From assembly GCA_030704615.1 (NCBI GenBank), contig CM060734.1, positions 29,388,001 through 29,452,000 on the forward strand: a stretch of 64,000 bases of DNA, written 5' to 3'. The position numbers and the translations under genes were made by a program. The notes beneath the pieces are model-generated. The model did not search any database, was not told the DNA's origin, and worked only from the letters and a program-made list of their open reading frames with translations. The stretch is from Takakia lepidozioides. Lineage: Eukaryota > Plantae > Bryophyta. Shown piece after piece: positions 25,760 to 37,800 of this stretch; positions within the stretch are counted from its first letter, which is position 1; the number at the start of each line of letters is the position of its first letter.

Positions 25760-27250
25760 GACTACCATGTTGAATTAAAGTCTACCTTACTAAATTGGTA
25801 ATGGTAGTGATAAATTGGTAGTTACCAAATTTTCAGCTTTGGGTCACACCAGCACAATTGAGTATCATGTTGAAATGAAAAGTCTCCACATGTGGAGGTT
25901 CTATCATTTTTCTGTCACATTTGCAATCTACTTACTCTGAACCCTAAACCCTATTTCAATGGTACTAAGTTTATTTTCAGCTTTGGGTTATACTAGTACA
26001 AGTCATTACCATGTTGAAATGAAAAGTTTGTATTATCACATGGATACTAAAATATTTATTTCACATTTGCATTCTACTTAATCTGAACCAGTCAATTTTG
26101 GCACTGGTCCTGCTCTTGGGTCCAACTGGTAGGGCCCAGTGTAGATTAGGATTGGGCACGGTAGGTTATAGGATGGATATGGGTATTTCCAATTTTGAGA
26201 TACCCTAGTCCTAGGACAGGGGTGCCTGGGCTGCAGCCCGGGCTAGCCGGGCTTCATGCCCTAGGCATGGGTATGGCAAAAAAAAACAAATGACATACTC
26301 GGACAGTATGTACAATGGTATGGTTGTATTTTTAATGGCTGCTATCTTCGACAATTGCATTATATATTATGGTATTTTAAGTTAACTTCATGTTTTTTTA
26401 CATGTCTTTGATATTTGTACCCACAAACCCCTGTCGTAATCGGTCCTTAATAATCGGTACAAGGTTATATTTTAGTACATGGTTATATTATGGTAATATC
26501 CATGTTGTAGTAGTTGGGATACATGCTGCCAGCGGCTGGGAGCCATGATGCGAGCAGCTCAAATCACCGATCCCTCCCATAGCAAACACAACATCGCAAA
26601 CCCTAATGCCATAACTCCTACCCCTCCCATCTCGAAACACTCCCCCCTGAATACTGTTTGCAATCATTTTATTGCTCCGCCAGCTACTGTGACTGGTATG
26701 GTTTCAGTCTAGGTACGTTCGGAACCCTAAACCCTAAGTTCTACACACACCTAGGTATAGGCTAAATGACATACCGGCTGGGTTGGTTATAGCATACCCT
26801 TACCTATACCCTGGCCCCCGCCAACTGGCACATACCATTACAACATTGCCCGGAACCCTATTTCAATTGTGGTAAGCTTTTATAATTTATTTTCATGTGT
26901 GGGTTATACTATGTAGTACAAATTGAGTACTATGTTGAAATGAAAAGTTTGTACCGTCACGTGGATACTAAAAAATTCCTAAATTATATTTACATTCTAC
27001 TTATCCTAAACCTTATTTCAATTGTACTAAGGCGCTCTTACAATTTATTTTCAATTTTGGTTTATATTAACACAAGCGAGTATCATGTTGAAATAACAAG
27101 TCTATACTTGTTGGGGTTCTAAAATATTTCTTTCACATGTGTATTCTACTTACCCTGAACCTTAAACCCTATTTCAACTGTACTAATATGTTTATATACT
27201 TTATTTTCAGCTTTGAGTATACTAGCACATTGATTGAGTACCATGTTAAC
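25760..27250. repeat. Diverged AT-rich tandem repeats (~120-160 bp) with telomere-like AACCCTA motifs, interrupted by a ~750-bp insertion
   Basis: Recurrent catgttgaaatgaaaagt...ttcacatttgc...aaccctatttcaa units near 25866, 26010, 26931, 27084 and 27241. Confidence 0.65.
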
Positions 27251-30189
27251 CCCTAAGCGTCCGGAACTGTTTTGGTGGGCCAGCCCCAAAACAAGGACGT
27301 AATGTCGGGGACGAGGCTGTATATGTCAGCAAACATTCATCCATAGAAATGAACCTTATCACACTATTTTCTTACACCTGCAGGTGTAAGAAAAGCCACC
27401 TGCTTACACTTCCCCGGGTGTCAGGTAAACCGTGTCGATTCCGCCACCCTATTGAAAAAGCCAGTGGTGTCGAAAAAGCCATCTTACACCATCTACACCC
27501 TCGTGGCGCCTGCCCTGTCTGGACTTTTTGACATGGTTTTTTTTACATCCGTTTTGACTGACTTTTCTTACATCCGTTTCGACTAGATTTTTTGACGGCT
27601 TATCTTACACCCTGCTTGACAATGTGGCGAAATTCAAAATTCAAAAAATTCAAATTCAAAATCCAAATTCAAATTTTAAATTTTGGCGGTTCAAAATTTT
27701 TAAGTTTGAAATATACGTTGAGCGTTGACCCCACCCCATCCCAGGTCAACGGTTGACCGCACACCATCCCACACATTACTAGACAATACACACTTGAACC
27801 TAAGACCTCCTCATTATAGCATCACTAAGTCACTATACACTAACCAACACACCTATTACACATACATACACAACATAAGTGGTTTGATTATTATAAACAT
27901 AACAAACTTTGAAATATAAAAAGTGTGACACGTCTAGTCATAGTTAAAGGCTTGCAAGGGTTGCAAGGAAAGGTACTTGTGGTGTTACACCAAGGTGTTG
28001 GAGAGCTCAAGAAGAAGCTTGTTTACTACAAGATTTGATAAGGATTGCCAAAGAGGTGGTTGGTGGAAGCATGGAGTTTAAGGTTTGAGAATCATTTCTA
28101 TGATTATCGAGTCAATGGTGTATGCCATGACTTGTGGAGAGCGACTAAATGATTGTTAGTGCTCATTTCACTAGCAATCTAGGGTTAAGCAAGCTCAAGT
28201 GTGGATGTTGTGGAAGAGAAGCCAAGGAGCTACATAGGCTTGGGCTTGAAGACAACAAGGGCAAACACTTGGAGAGCATTAGGAAGCTCAAGAGGTTAGA
28301 AGGGGAGCATGTGGAGGAATCTTCCAATAATGGTGGTGTGGAGCCAAGCTTAGGGCATTGGAAGAGCTAATTGGAGAACAAATTGTGGGAAGTCCTTGAA
28401 GAGATATCATCATTCAAGCATGCTTCCCAAGTGTGGCTTCCAACTTCAAGCTTGAGGAGAGCTAGAAGGTGAATGGAGCAAGTTGATTCCCTTGTGTATG
28501 AGGTGATGCATGTGTGGAGCATGCTTTTGGCTTGAGCTTTGCCCTTTCAAGCTTGAGAGGAGTGGCTCTTGAGCTAGCAAGTGAAGGGAGCTTGAATGAT
28601 CAAGGCTTGAGAAGAGACAAGGCTTGGTGGCTTGTCAAATGAGATACAAACTTGATTTTGAGTTCCAATGACTGATGGAGCTTGTTGTGTGGCAAAATCA
28701 TTGCTAAGTGAGCTTGAGGTGAAGAAGATCAAGGGAATTTGCCTTGGTATCCCATAGAATTCATGGATGCTTGAGGGGATTAAGCATAGAGCTCCAAGGA
28801 GCACAAACCCTAGCTTGGTAAGGCTAAACCTCAAGGAAACAGAGGGGGAAGTGGCTAAAGCTTAGGGGGAAATGGCTAAACCCTAAGGGGAAATGAACTA
28901 CTCTATGAGGGGGAAATGTCTATCCCAAGGGGGAAATGGCTATTCCTAAGGAGAATAGAAAGGGAACACAAGAAAAATATGTGTAGGCCCAGGGGAATAC
29001 TGGGGAATACTATAGAATATTCTCAAGAATATGCTCAGAGAACTTTGGGAACCTATTGGGAACTTATTGAGAACCCATTAGGAACTTGGGAACGCATTGG
29101 GAATGCATTGGGAACATAGTGAGTCCTTGGAGGGCTGTTTGGAGTCCTTGGAGGACTATTTTGGGTCCTTGGAAGACTATTTGGAGGACTATTGGGGGTC
29201 TTTTGGAAGACAATTTGGGTCCTTGGATGCCAATATTTGGCGAGCTTGAGGAATCTTTGGCGACTTGTGTGAGGGACTATTTGGGGTCCTCGAGGGCCAA
29301 GTTTTGGCAGGCTCTTGGGGCCTTGGTGTATTGTTTGGAGTCGCATTGTGCAAGGTTTGGGAGCCTTAGTGAGATTGTTTGAGAGACATCTTGAGGGCTC
29401 CTAGAGAGTTATTTGAGAGACCCTTGAAAGATAGTCTTGTCTATTGCTCCAGCAAGAGAGTGTGGAGATAGGGTAGTGGGACGAGAGCATGCTGGGATTA
29501 GGAATTGTTTTAGTCTCTCTTCCCTGTAGTCTTTCACCCTCTCTGTAGGCCAAAACCTTTCCGTAGGTGGAGGCAAGAGTCAGTCCGGGTTTGGGCTGGG
29601 GTGTCATTGCAGGAACGACACTGTGGAGTAGTTTTTGGTCTGGGGGAGTTGTTGTTTGATTTTCTTGTGTTTGGATCCTCCCCACATCTGCATGCTTGAC
29701 TGTGCGCCATGTTAGTTTTGTGTGGGCGCATGTTTTCATAGGAGGTTGGTCCGGATTTGATCATCGAACAATCATAGAGCGTGCTGTCGGTGGTGAGGCT
29801 AGGGTGATGACCAGTCAGACCATCATTGTTTCTCTTATGGTGAGGCTGGGTTGATGTCCAGCAGACCATAGGAGTGCTTGTGGTAGATGCAGGTGCAGGT
29901 GCAGATTTATGTTAGAAACCTAGTATTCCACACCATAAGCCGCAACAGGTTCTCTACCCGGTGACCTTGTGGAAAGGGGGATTAGAGACAGGTTTACAAC
30001 GGGTGTGGTTGTGAGTTCTTATCACGGAGGTGTCACCAATTGCTGAGGGGAGTGTCGGTACAAGCATCAGCGATACTAGTGGGTACACAAGACGAGGTGT
30101 GCGGTTTAGGCCACCTTCACCTTCAGTGTCTCCTGAGGGAGGTTCAGACTCGGAGTCAGAAGGATTCTCGCCGAGGGTGCAAGCCATTT

Positions 30190-30428
30190 CTATGCCATTG
30201 TTGTGGGACACGATGGAGGAGATGTATGGAAGTACCAAGGGGCCACGTAGGTACTCTGGAGTTGTGGGCACCATCGAGCTTGATGACTTCATACAAGAGA
30301 TTTCAATACCTTGAGGGGCCGCCTATGGATGATTACCATGAGTTTAGGCAGGGACATGCGGTGGAGATTGAGGAGTGGCGATAGTATAATTGGTCACCTA
30401 ATTACATCTCCATCACTAGAGGCACCTA
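30190..30428 (+). mobile_element. Gag N-terminal fragment of the same family as the DNMT-carrying Gypsy element
   Basis: FQYLEGPPMDDYHEFRQGHAVEIEEWR...WSPNYISITRG matches FQHLEGPPMDDYHEFRRGHEAEIEDWR...WSPDYVSITRG at 51015-51341. Confidence 0.8.
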
Positions 30429-30439
30429 ACTAACTAACC

Positions 30440-31440
30440 GTCACCCCTGAAGTAACAGTGTTGTCTCTTAGTGCCTTGGCCTCTACCCATTTGGTAGTGT
30501 AGTCAGTGGCTGTGTGGATGTATTGGTTCTGTGTGTACTTTGCTGGAGGTTTAATGGGCCCCACAAAGTCTAGTCCTCATCGTTGAAATGGTTTTGTTGG
30601 TAGTATTGGGTGCATAGTACCCTTCCCAGTTCGTTCTACTGGTCCCATCCTCTGGCAAACATCACACTGTTGACAGTGTTCATAAGTGTCTCCAAATACA
30701 GTAGGCCACCAGTAACCTGCTAATAATATCTTCTTTGTTGTCTGGTCAGAACTGAAATGTCATCCTGCAATTCCTTCGTGTAGCTCTTGCATCACTGTTT
30801 TGGCTTGTTCTTTGTTCACACATCTTCTCATTATGGAGTCAATTCCTCTTTTGTACATAATTCCCTTGATTACTGTGTATGGTTTGCTTTTCATTGAAAG
30901 CTTTCTCCTGTCATCTTTGGTGTAGTCTTCAGGAAATTTTCCTGTGTTCAAATAGTATTTGATTGGCCATTGCCAATCGTCTGGATCTTGATCTTGATTC
31001 TGAATGTCTTCTGATTCTTCCTTGGTAACTGTATAAGCTCCAATACTGATATTGGCCAATTCTTGATTGTTGGCTCTTCGTTTTCCTTGTCCTCTTCTTC
31101 TTCTGGATCTGGCTCTTCCTCAATAATAGGTCCTTCATCAAGAGGTTCATCTTCATCTGATGAGTCCTCTTCTTCATCAGTGTCATCCATGAGCTTAAGA
31201 GAATCTGGGAGGTCATAGTTTCCTTGAAACACTCCCAGAGCGCCTAGAGGATCTGTCTCTTCATCTTGTGCTTTTGGTTGAACATCAAACATAAATGCGT
31301 CGGGAAGTTGATCCTCTACTCCTGTGGCTGGTTCTCCTGTAGTAATTCTTGACAGATGATCTGTTGTAATATGTAATCTTCTTGGTTTATGAACAACTTC
31401 AAAATCATACTCATGAAGAAGTAATAACCATCGAGCAACC
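30440..31440 (-). mobile_element. Ty3/Gypsy RNase H-integrase fragment
   Basis: ARWLLLLHEYDF, LHEGIAG.HF...GYWWP...C..CDVCQ zinc finger and [10 protein letters not shown]; degenerate. Confidence 0.85.
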
Positions 31441-31579
31441 CTGTGTTAGAGGGCTGCTTGGGACTTAGACGCTTTTACTGGTTCTATGGGGTACCCTTAA
31501 TTTTTGCGCAAACTTATGAATGGTAGACTGAGACCAACAGGGGCCTTAGGGGTGGCAGGCGCAGGCTTTAGGGGGGGTA

Positions 31580-31826
31580 GACAGCTTGTCACAGTCTATC
31601 ACAGCCAGACACAGTCTGACACAGCCCGACACAGCTTTACACAGTTTGTCACAGTCTATCACAGCCAGACACAGCCCGACACAGCTTCGCACAGCCAGTC
31701 ACAGCCCGACACAGTTTTACACAACCCGTCACAGTCTATCACAGCCAGACACAGCCAGACACAACCCGATACAGCTTTACACAGCCAGTCACAGCTCGGC
31801 ACAACTTGACACAGCCTGTCACAGTG
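31580..31826. repeat. Short-period (~10 bp) tandem repeat of ACAGCCCGAC/ACAGTCTATC variants
   Basis: About 24 imperfect ACAG-anchored units are directly visible. Confidence 0.9.
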
Positions 31827-31864
31827 TACATGGGGAACAGTTATCATTGACAGGGAACGACATC

Positions 31865-32110
31865 TGCCAAATTCTTATATGAAAACATCATCACACGATT
31901 TGGTTGCCCACTGGAATTCGTCAGTGATCAAGGATCACATTTTATAAATGATGCCATAAAATGCTTGACAGAGGAGTTCATGATCGTACATCACAAGAGT
32001 ACTGCTTACTATCCCCAAGGAAATGGCCAAACCGAATCTACCAACAAGATATTATGCACTATCTTAACCAAGATAGTAAATGCCAATCGTACAGATTGGG
32101 ACTTCCAAGG
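31865..32110 (+). mobile_element. Inverted integrase core fragment
   Basis: SDQGSHFIN...STAYYPQGNGQTESTNKILCTILTK...RTDWD. Confidence 0.8.
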
Positions 32111-33256
32111 GATCCTTGGAATCTTTACTTCTGCTCTGATGAAATCCCAATTCCAATTTCTTTGCAGTTCCTACTGCTTCAGCCAAAATGTTGTTAGGCA
32201 TGACTGTAACCATGGTTACATATTCAAGACGAAGTCCGTTGATGAACCATGATTTTTGCAAGTTGTCACCTGGTGCTTGAGGTAGCTTCCTGATCAGAGT
32301 CTTCATTTTCTCCCGGTAGTCAACTACCAATTTTTATTTTTTTTGTCTCAGGTTCTGTAATCCTGTGAAGATTTCATACGTGGATTTGTTGGATCTATAT
32401 CGTTCCTGAAATGCGGCTCTCATATCCGCCCAATTTGCAAAGTGATTGGCTGGAAAGGTTGTCAACCATTCAATGCCTTTCCTGGCCATTGAACAAGGAA
32501 ATAATCAGATCTTTTCCTAGTCTGTTGCTTCATTGTAAATGGTGCACATGTTCTCAAATTGATTAAGATGGATATCCGGGTAAGATTTCCCATCATATAA
32601 AGGAAACGGCGGTCTGTTGCTTGCTGCTAAAGCCATTGGTGCTGCTGGTACAACTGGTGTTGCTGGTGCAACCGGCTGTCCAAACTAGAATGGTCCCGCT
32701 GCTGTTGGTTGCGGTGGTGTTGGGATTGTCAAGGCTAGTGGTGTTGTTGGTGTTTGTCTTCCAAACAATGATTCAAAATTAGGAGGTCCTTGTCCCAAGG
32801 ATAGCCGTCTTCCAGCTGATGTCCCTACTAAGCTTAATGAATCTTTAAAAGCTTTGAGTGCAGTCCTGGTTATCGTTTCTGGAGAAGTAGTTTCACTTCT
32901 TTCACCTTCTTCACTCAGAATATTCTCAAATTTTTCTTCCAATATTTCAGCAAAACCTCGATTTGGACTTGTTATTGTAGGTCCTTCAGATCTTTCTTGT
33001 GGTAACCATTCGCCAAGTGCATTACTTGCAACTCCTTCTGGTGTAGTGTTCTCACTTTCCAAAGATCCGATTTCCTGATCTTTTGGTTTATCACTGTCAA
33101 TTTGTCTTAATGCCTCACCTTGAATAATATTCAAGTTTTGTAATTCCGGGAACTCTTTTCTCAATCGAGCTTCTCTTTCTGCAGCATATTTCTCTATTCT
33201 TCCAACTCTGTCTTGCTTAGCTTTTTCCTTAATTTCCTCATTCATTCCCACATCAT
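32110..33256 (-). mobile_element. Ty3/Gypsy gag fragment related to 59304-60413
   Basis: FPLYDGKSYPDIHLNQFENMC...LFPCSMARK...KSWFINGLR parallels FPIYVGKWDPDVHISQFEHMC...KTWFVSGLR. Confidence 0.75.
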
Positions 33257-33780
33257 TGTCGTGCGCATACGTATCGCTACACAACTACATCGCTATCCAA
33301 ACTACACCGCACATATATGGATAATAAAGTAGTCTGCCACAATGATTGGAAACTAGATTCACACTGTTGACACATAAACACTCAATACAACACAATCACT
33401 CATTAAAACTAAGAGTCGAGCCAGGGGCACCCCAAGCTATGGGAACTCCACCCCAAAATGTCATATTCTCCCTTCATAAACACACTCAGATTCTAAGCAG
33501 TGAAGGAGCTCGGTCGTGCAGGCTCAACTCGAGAGAGATGAGCCGCACGACTGACGCTCTCGTGAAGATAAGATGGTTCGGGGGTCAAGCTAAACTTGAC
33601 ACCTGACTTAACACTTGAACTAAATCCAAGTGTTAAATACAAATAACTAGCTTTATTCTAGTTAGTTTCACACTGTGTTTATTTAACTTGACAGCTGTCG
33701 TGCGCATACGTATCGCTACACAACTACATCATTGTCCAAACTACACCACACATATATGGACAATAAAGTAGTCTGCCACA
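33257..33780 (-). repeat. Probable 3' LTR of the DNMT-Gypsy element, bounded by 85-bp direct repeats (33257-33341 and 33696-33780)
   Basis: Both repeats start TG and end CA; a polypurine tract (AGGGGGGTGAT on minus) abuts 33780, downstream of the PHD stop. Confidence 0.6.
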
Positions 33781-34853
33781 ATCACCCCCCTAGCTGGTGG
33801 ATAGGTCCCTCTAACTCCAGATAGCTACAAGATGTAATAGCCACAGCCGTATTAAGTCCTCTATCACTGTCCCTATTGTAGTCAAACTCTATAGATCAAG
33901 AGGCCGGGTACAATAGTAGCCCCATCGTTAGTCGCCGTCTTGCAATCTATGAACTTGAGTCAGGATCTCGTGTGTTCAAGGTCTCCTAGTAGCTTGACCT
34001 TACATTTTTTGTTAGCCTTCCATGGTTGTATCCACTCCCACTATCCAATGCAATGCGAACATAACCAATCCCCATCAGGAACCATCTCAAGAGGTGGAGT
34101 CAAACATCTCATATGCCAACCTCTAGAGCATTGATCACACACCAACATCAGGGATGCCTCGGCGTGAGCCTGGTCACGTGAGCGCGTGAGCGCGTGAGCG
34201 CAACTGCGCTCACGCCACGTCACCTTGCGCAAATGCCACGTCACGGGGCTCAGTCCACGTCATCACACGTGAAGGCCGAGTCACCACGCACCCAGAAAGA
34301 AATGGAGTGTATTCCCGCGGATTGGCACCCTTTACCGCGGAAACAAGCTGGACGACATAATAAAAGGCATTGAATAAAGGATGGATGAATGTACAGTTGG
34401 ATGATAAACAGATGGATGAGTGTGAAAAATGTATGTAGATGGATGAATGACGGATGGATAAGAGTAAAATGGATGAATGTATAATGGATGTTGAGCAATG
34501 ACAAAAATTCATGACAGGAAGATGCATGACCAAATCTTTTGACGAATGCACAAAGTATATGAAATGAGTGTGGAAGGTTTGTGGGGTGGATTAAAGAGTA
34601 CAAAGGATGAATGTACAATGGATGTTGTACAAAGGAAGCTTTCATGAATGGAGCACGCATGAATACAGTGTAGATGAATGCACAATGGATATGAGAAGAG
34701 TCAGGAAGGTTTGTGAGATGGATTCATACATATAGCAATTTAAACGAAAGTTGATTATGTGATTATTATTTGTTCTAAAGGAACAACTACGGTAGAGGAA
34801 GGGGATTCAACGTTTTCCAGATAATATGAAAATGAATATTAAAAGAATACAGT

Positions 34854-37800
34854 TCAGTCTGACTCAGAGTCAGTACAATGTATCCCCTCTTCCTCTGCAT
34901 CTAAGTCTAAGTATTTTAGAACACCGGATCCACGCTGGATACACCTACGGCTGGCCACTAAAAAGTCAGGGGATAGGGACTCGGCCGCGTGAAGCGCCAT
35001 TGCTTCGGCATAAACAGGGAGCAGAAAATTGGAAAGGGGGCTGTCGAAAACAGACTCGCCAGAAATGACTGTATCTCCTGAAGATCCACCGCTGGCTTTC
35101 CTGAAAGACAGTCTGAAAAAGTTATTACTGTAACTTTGATGTTATCGAGAAATTGAGTATGACTCCCAAAGAGGGTTTAGCACTTACTCACATGAAAAGT
35201 CGTTGTCGACCTGCTTATCTTCGGGATCGTCATCATTTCGAATTTGAATCCGATCAGTCTGTGTGCCTAAAGTGGAGCCAGACAAAAGGGGGAGGAGCAC
35301 GGTGTTGTAGAGGTCAGAATCACCCTCCATGCCAAAAAGGCTTCTTCCGCCTGCCTTGCATGCGTGGTAAGTTGCTCCTGCACCAGACAGGAGAACATGA
35401 ACAGTTTGGAGGGGGGGATTTAAGCAGATGAAACTGTTGAAAGGAAACCAATTCGGAAGGGAAAAAACGAACCTGTGGACACAGAAAGATCGACCACCCG
35501 TGCAGAGCGGTGGCTGCATGACTCCAGCAGTATTTGCATGAATGCTGGTGACTTTTCCTTTGCACCTCTCCAGGGAGTGCCATCTGGTCTCTTCAGAGTC
35601 TGACTGGACTGCATGAAGTTGTACAAAATGTCATCGACATGGGGCTCATAGGGGGGGTTGACGAAACAACCCTGGTCAGAAATCTCAAAGTTGCGGATGG
35701 AGGATGGTGTCTTTGATGTGCGAATCCTCCGCAGGCAGATCGCCTCGAACATCCTCGTCTGCCAAAGATAACAGGTTAGTGTGGTAAACACAATCTAAAG
35801 TGGAAGTGTGTACATCGGCTATTCAGAACTCTGACACAAAAAAATCATGAATCGTTGATGATCGGTGTCGATCATAAAACATTCTACTAGAGTGGAGCTG
35901 CAGAGAAAATTGAAACTCATGATCAAAGCACAAGCAGAAAGGAGACGACATACCAGTTGACCAGGGAAACCCCCTTTCACAAGGTAGAGGCTGTTCACAC
36001 AATTCCATGTGCGCAAAACTTCAAACCCTGAAGACTTGAGGTATGATGCCAATGCCCGACGACTATCATTGTCACATGACTGAAAAAGCAGAAGTGTCCC
36101 TGCATCAGAGAGGAAATTGTTACAGAACCCGAACACCCAACTCCAGTAGTTGTCCTCGAATTTGTTCCAGCCTGACGTCTTGCTCTTTGGAAGAACTTCT
36201 GGCACAGCCTGGCCATCCGGGATGTCGAGAATGACAATGTCGGCCGCATAAGTTTTCTGCACACCGCACACGAAGGTGGGACCTGTGCTCACCTGCAACA
36301 GACATGTTTTTTATAAGAACGATGGCAAGAATGTTTTCAAAGAACGAGACTGAAATACTGCCAACGAAACTTTCAGAGAAAAGGAAAGTAACTGGAATTC
36401 TCACCAGATTGAGGAATGAGATTATATTGTCCCAGGTAGGGGATGGCACCCCAGTGTATCCTCTCTTTCGACTCTGCATCATCGAAAGCCAACCCTCATT
36501 AACAATTTTCATCTCTCCTGCTGAATCAGAACGGGAAGGGTGTGGCTTGGCATCGAACACGAACTGAAGAGTGCGGGTATATCTTCCAGCACTAAAGTCC
36601 TGCCCACTCTCCATCTCCTTTTCATCCTCCTTCCCCTTGTCCTTTTCCTTCTCTTTGGACTTGTCTTTGTCCTTTGGCTTTGCTGGTGAGATGGCTATGA
36701 CATCAACAGCCTTGTCTTTTGGTTTGCGGCCCGCCTTCTTTCCCTTCTGCGGCGTTCCCTGAGCATCAAGCTCATTGGCAGCCAAGGTTGCTATGTTTCG
36801 TTGATACTCTTCGTCAGTCAAAGGCGCCAGCATCTCAGCGTTATTGTTCAAGTATTTCATATGCTGTTCTTGAAAGGTCGTGTGCTCAGGTGGGCAGTCA
36901 AGGTACCACCCACAGTCTCTGAAGTGAGAAGGACTCCAGTCCTTCAATATCCCTGCAGTATACATGGTTGGATCGTTTGCAGGGTCCGACCACATGTCAA
37001 GATAGTCGGGAATTCCGCTCAGGTGATTTCCTTCCATAAGCACATATTTCGTGTACCTGAAAAAATGAGATAAATCCCAACCCACAAAAGCGCTCAGTGA
37101 GTAAGATGCAAGTAGAACAGAAAGAATAAAACATGGATTGAAATGGCTCTGACAACTGCTCCAAGGACCTTTCAGGACCACACTACTGCTCCAGATATGA
37201 ATGTCGTCAACGCCATTCAGAACATTCCATTCCATGACACTGTAAATACATCCTAATCCAGGTGAATGCAAATAATCGATTAGAAATGACACAGACATAG
37301 AAGTGAATGTCGTCAACGACATTCAAGAATGAAGCCAAATTATTACTTAAATGAAGCAAAATCACAGGATGGAAATAAAAAAATTGAGTAAGGAACCATC
37401 CAGGAAAACTCAATGCACATTCATAACGAACCTATCACTGAGGACCTCACAACATCACTGTATGTGAATGGCGTCAACGCCATTCACAAAAATACAAAAA
37501 AGAAACCAATTACTTAGCTCCCCAATCCATGTAAATTGAATTTGTCGCTTTTGAATAATACAGACACAGCTGTGAATGTCGTCAACGACATTCACTTTGG
37601 ATTTCTTAAAACAGAGCTTATCAAGCCTCCACATTCATCGCAAGAGGAAAAAACAATGCAGAACAACTGAATGTCTGCATTGACATTCAGCAAAATGAAG
37701 TGAGGAACCCTCACTGTAACCTCTATGGACATTACAAAAATTTAAATAACCTTGAGGACCTCTCAACAACTCCGTATGTGAATGTCGTCAACGCCATTCA

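Noticed and set aside
25938-26740. Telomere
   Set aside because: Only one or two AACCCTA units at a time; interstitial motifs, not an array.
27950-29900. Short ORFs in a purine-rich stretch
   Set aside because: No recognisable motifs; probably decayed retroelement leader or LTR sequence, with boundaries I could not define.
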